Assembly: GCF_006345805.1 (NCBI RefSeq)
Contig: NW_021836528.1
Location: 1 to 23,877, forward strand
Direction: 5' to 3'
DNA: 23,877 nucleotides
From: Octopus sinensis
Lineage: Eukaryota
Part shown: piece by piece, positions 20,845 to 23,877 of the stretch
Position numbering within the stretch: position 1 is the first letter of the stretch
How the letters are laid out: each line of letters opens with the position of its first letter
The notes under the pieces: generated by a model
What the model was told of the DNA's origin: nothing
The model's input: the letters and a program-made list of their open reading frames with translations, nothing else
The model's database searches: none
Made by a program: the position numbers and the translations under genes

Positions 20845-21330
20845 ATTACATTATATAAAAGGGCTTAGTAAAATAAATTACTTGCCGCATACTGAACTCA
20901 TTAGAAATAGCAGCTAAAAAAACTTTTTAAAACTATTTCCAATACTTAAAGAAAACCTCTCTCATATAGTGTTTGCTCAATTCAACTCACGCCAATATGG
21001 GGGTAGAGACATTAAAAAATCAAGTGCAAAGGTTATTTGAGAACGTACGTTTCAAGATTAGTCAAAATCCGACATTTCTATCGACATTTCTATAGAAATG
21101 TCGGATTTTGACTAATCTTGAAACGTACGTTCTCAAATAACCTTTGCACTTGATTTTTTAATGTCTCTACCCCCATATTTGCGTAAGTTGAATTGAGCAA
21201 ACACTATATGAGAGAGGTTTTCTTTAAGTATTGGAAATAGTTTTAAAAAAGTTTTTTTAGCTGCTATTTCTAATGAGTTGAGTATGCGGCAAAGTAATTT
21301 ATTTTACTAAGCCCTTTTATATAATGTAAT
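20845..21330. repeat. Near-perfect zero-spacer palindrome (about 240-bp arms) built from the 555-bp unit
   Basis: Apex gacatttcta|tagaaatgtc at 21092/21093; 12-bp duplication cgacatttctat at 21070-21093; the right arm continues to the unit terminus at about 21418. Confidence 0.95.
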
Positions 21331-21418
21331 AATTTGAATTCGCCTTAAATGGTCCTCTGCATACTGAATACTTGGTGAAATTGATTAATTAATTAATTTT
21401 ACCCTCAATTGTTGAAAT

Positions 21419-21427
21419 ATATATATA

Positions 21428-21465
<38 letters not shown>

Positions 21466-21575
21466 TATTATATAGATATATATATAATATATATTTATAT
21501 ATATTTATTTATATATATATTTATATATATATATATTTATATATATTTATACATATATATATTTATATATATATA

Positions 21576-21632
<57 letters not shown>

Positions 21633-21653
21633 TATATATAATATATATATATA
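21419..21653. repeat. (TA)n microsatellite
   Basis: Direct reading. Confidence 0.97.
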
Positions 21654-22157
21654 TCTCTATATATAAAACTCTAGTTGTGTGAGTGTCTGTCCCCTTCGAA
21701 TTAGATTCCTAACTCCTCCCACATTTTGCGGTGCAGTTTAAACCAATTCGGGTATCTTATAGTCGTGATTCATATCGAGCCCGTCTGACTATTAGCGCGC
21801 GTCAACGATGAGTCTACGATTTTAAAAATAATTTAACATCATTTTTTTATTCATTTAATGCCTAAATGCATCGTATGTCGATGGCGGCGGAGTTGGCGTC
21901 CACGCTCACAGCTGCACCTGTTTGCTTCTTCCCCTTCCCTCCCTCGTGAAGCTGTGGGGAAGGGAGTGTAAAGAAATCAACGTCATAATGCGTTGTGAAG
22001 GAAACCAGCGTTCTTTTAGAACAACGACTTCATGGCTTGAAGACACCAAAACAAAAATGGCTAAGAAAGCCCGAATTTATAAGGGAAGTAACTCTCTAAA
22101 AATGCTTATATAGTTATTTCCCTTACAAACCCGAGCAACGCCGGGCGATACTGCTAG
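21654..22157 (+). mobile_element. Non-autonomous Helitron (504 bp)
   Basis: A|TCTCTATATATAAAA 5' end; GC-rich hairpin CCCGAGCAACGCCGGG (22130-22145) 8 nt before CTAG|T (22154-22157); inserted at an AT dinucleotide without TSD. Confidence 0.88.
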
Positions 22158-22193
22158 TATATATATAAAAATATATATATATATATATATAAA

Positions 22194-23877
22194 TATAATT
22201 TCAACAATTGAGGGTAAAATTAATTAATTAATCAATTTCACCAAGTATTCAGTATGCAAAGGGACCATTTAAGGCGAATTCAAATTATTACATTATATAA
22301 AAGGGCTTAGTAAAATAAATTACTTTGCCGCATACTGAACTCATTAGAAATAGCAGCTAAAAAAACTTTTTTAAAACTATTTCTAATACTTAAAGAAAAC
22401 CTCTCTCATATAGTGTTTGCTCAATTCAACTCACGCAAATATGGGGGTAGAGGCATTAAAAAATCAAGTGCAAAGGTTATTTGAGAACGTACGTTTCAAG
22501 ATTAGTCAAAATCGACATTTCTATCATCAGCTCAGAACTCCCTGGTTTGGATTGAAAACACTGAAAGTGGGAGCATACCTTTCGGCTTCCTATCGCTTCT
22601 GAAGATCTGCTCGTAACTAACAGTGCCAACAAACTCAAAATGCAAGCGAAGAATTTCTGCTCTCCCCTCTCCACCAGCGTGGGTTAAAATCAGTAAACAC
22701 TATGCTTTTTTCGGTAAAATCCGTGGCATTATATAGAGAGAGATGAATTATAATTTCAACAATGAGGGTAAAATTAATTAATTAATCAATTCACCATGTA
22801 TTCAGTATGCAAAGGGACCATTTAAGGCGAATTCAAATTATTACATTATATAAAAGGGCTTAGTAAAATAAATTACTTTGCCGCATACTGAACTCATTAG
22901 AAATAGCAGCTAAAAAAACTTTTTTAAAACTATTTCTAATACTTAAAGAAAACCTCTCTCATATAGTGTTTGCTCAATTCAACTCACGCAAATATGGGGG
23001 TAGAGGCATTAAAAAATCAAGTGCAAAGGTTATTTGAGAACGTACGTTTCAAGATTAGTCAAAATCGACATTTCTATCATCAGCTCAGAACTCCCTGGTT
23101 TGGATTTGAAAACACTGAAAGTTTTTTTAGCTGCTATTTCTAATGAGTTCAGTATGCGGCAAAGTAATTTATTTTACTAAGCCCTTTTATATAATGTAAT
23201 AATTTGAATTCGCCTTAAATGGTCCCTTTACATACTGAATACTTGGTGAAATTGATTAATTAATTAATTTTACCCTGAATTGTTGAAATTATAATTCATC
23301 TCTCTCTATATAATGCCACGGATTTTACCGAAAAAAAGCATAGTGTTTACTGATTTTAACCCACGCTGGTGGAGAGGGGAGAGCAGAAATTCTTCGCTTG
23401 CATTTTTGAGTTTGTTGGCACTGTTAGTTACGAGCAGATCTTCAGAAGCGATAGGAACCGAAGGGTATGCTCCCACTTTCAGTGTTTTCAAATCCAAACC
23501 AGGGAGTTCTGAGCTGATGATAGAAATGTCGATTTTGACTAACTTTGAACGTACTTCTCAAATAACCTTTGCACTTGATTTTTTAATGCCTCTACCCCCA
23601 TATTTGCGTGAGTTGAATTGAGCAAACACTATATGAGAGAGGTTTTTTAGTATTAGAAATAGTTTTAAAAAAGTTTTTTTAGCTGCTATTTCTAATGAGT
23701 TCAGTATGCGGCAAAGTAATTTATTTTACTAAGCCCTTTTATATAATGTAATAATTTGAATTCGCTTAAATGGTCCCTTTGCATACTGAATACATGGTGA
23801 AATTGATTAATTAATTAATTTTAACCCTCAATTGTTGAAATTATAATTCATCTCTCTCTATATAATGCCACGGATTT
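22194..23877. repeat. ~555-bp tandem repeat with an orientation switch at about 23120; runs off the window
   Basis: Forward units 22194-22748 and 22749-23122 (partial); reverse units 23118-23293 (partial), 23294-23845 and 23846-end. Landmark spacing 552-555 bp. Confidence 0.95.
22482..22534 (-). ncRNA. HHR-like motif in the 555-bp unit (also 23035-23087 -, and degenerate at 23510-23560 +)
   Basis: UGAG-CUGAUGA-U-AGA-AAU-GUC-GAUUUU-GAC-UAA-UCU-U-GAA-ACGUACGU-U/CUCA. Helix I 4 bp; palindromic helix III; GUU site; helix II weak, with U.U at 10.1-11.1. Confidence 0.55.

Noticed and set aside
22417-23621. Small ORFs in the 555-bp unit (61-102 aa)
   Set aside because: No recognisable motifs, and the frames are not conserved between units.

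Overview
Eukaryotic, AT-rich, microsatellite-laden DNA made almost entirely of nested transposable elements. I see no host gene, rRNA, tRNA or CRISPR array. The repeat style suggests an invertebrate, possibly a cephalopod mollusc (inference only). Left to right: (1) a decayed CsRN1-like Gypsy integrase (1125-2317, -); (2) inserted into it, an unusual LTR retrotransposon whose RT/RNase H look DIRS/BEL-like but whose integrase is Gypsy-type DDE (2318-4790, -); (3) a DINE/Helentron-like remnant; (4) a Penelope-type fragment with a hammerhead ribozyme (HHR) motif; (5) two head-to-tail Tx1-clade LINEs (6068-15126, -); (6) a 342-bp element with 29-bp inverted ends and a clear type I HHR (15487-15550, -); (7) a CR1/L2-group LINE whose ORF1 has a Myb/SANT (trihelix) domain plus a CCCH finger and whose RT has lost its catalytic core (17234-20825, +); (8) a zero-spacer palindrome, a non-autonomous Helitron, and a ~555-bp tandem repeat that switches orientation and carries another HHR-like core. 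The main unexplained signal is three sequence-unrelated HHR-bearing non-coding elements. They share a palindromic helix III and an extended helix II, sit in (TA)n, and two of them share a 3'-terminal motif. This suggests a Penelope/retrozyme-like non-autonomous system. All alignments and folds were done by eye. Many frameshifts look like single-base read errors.
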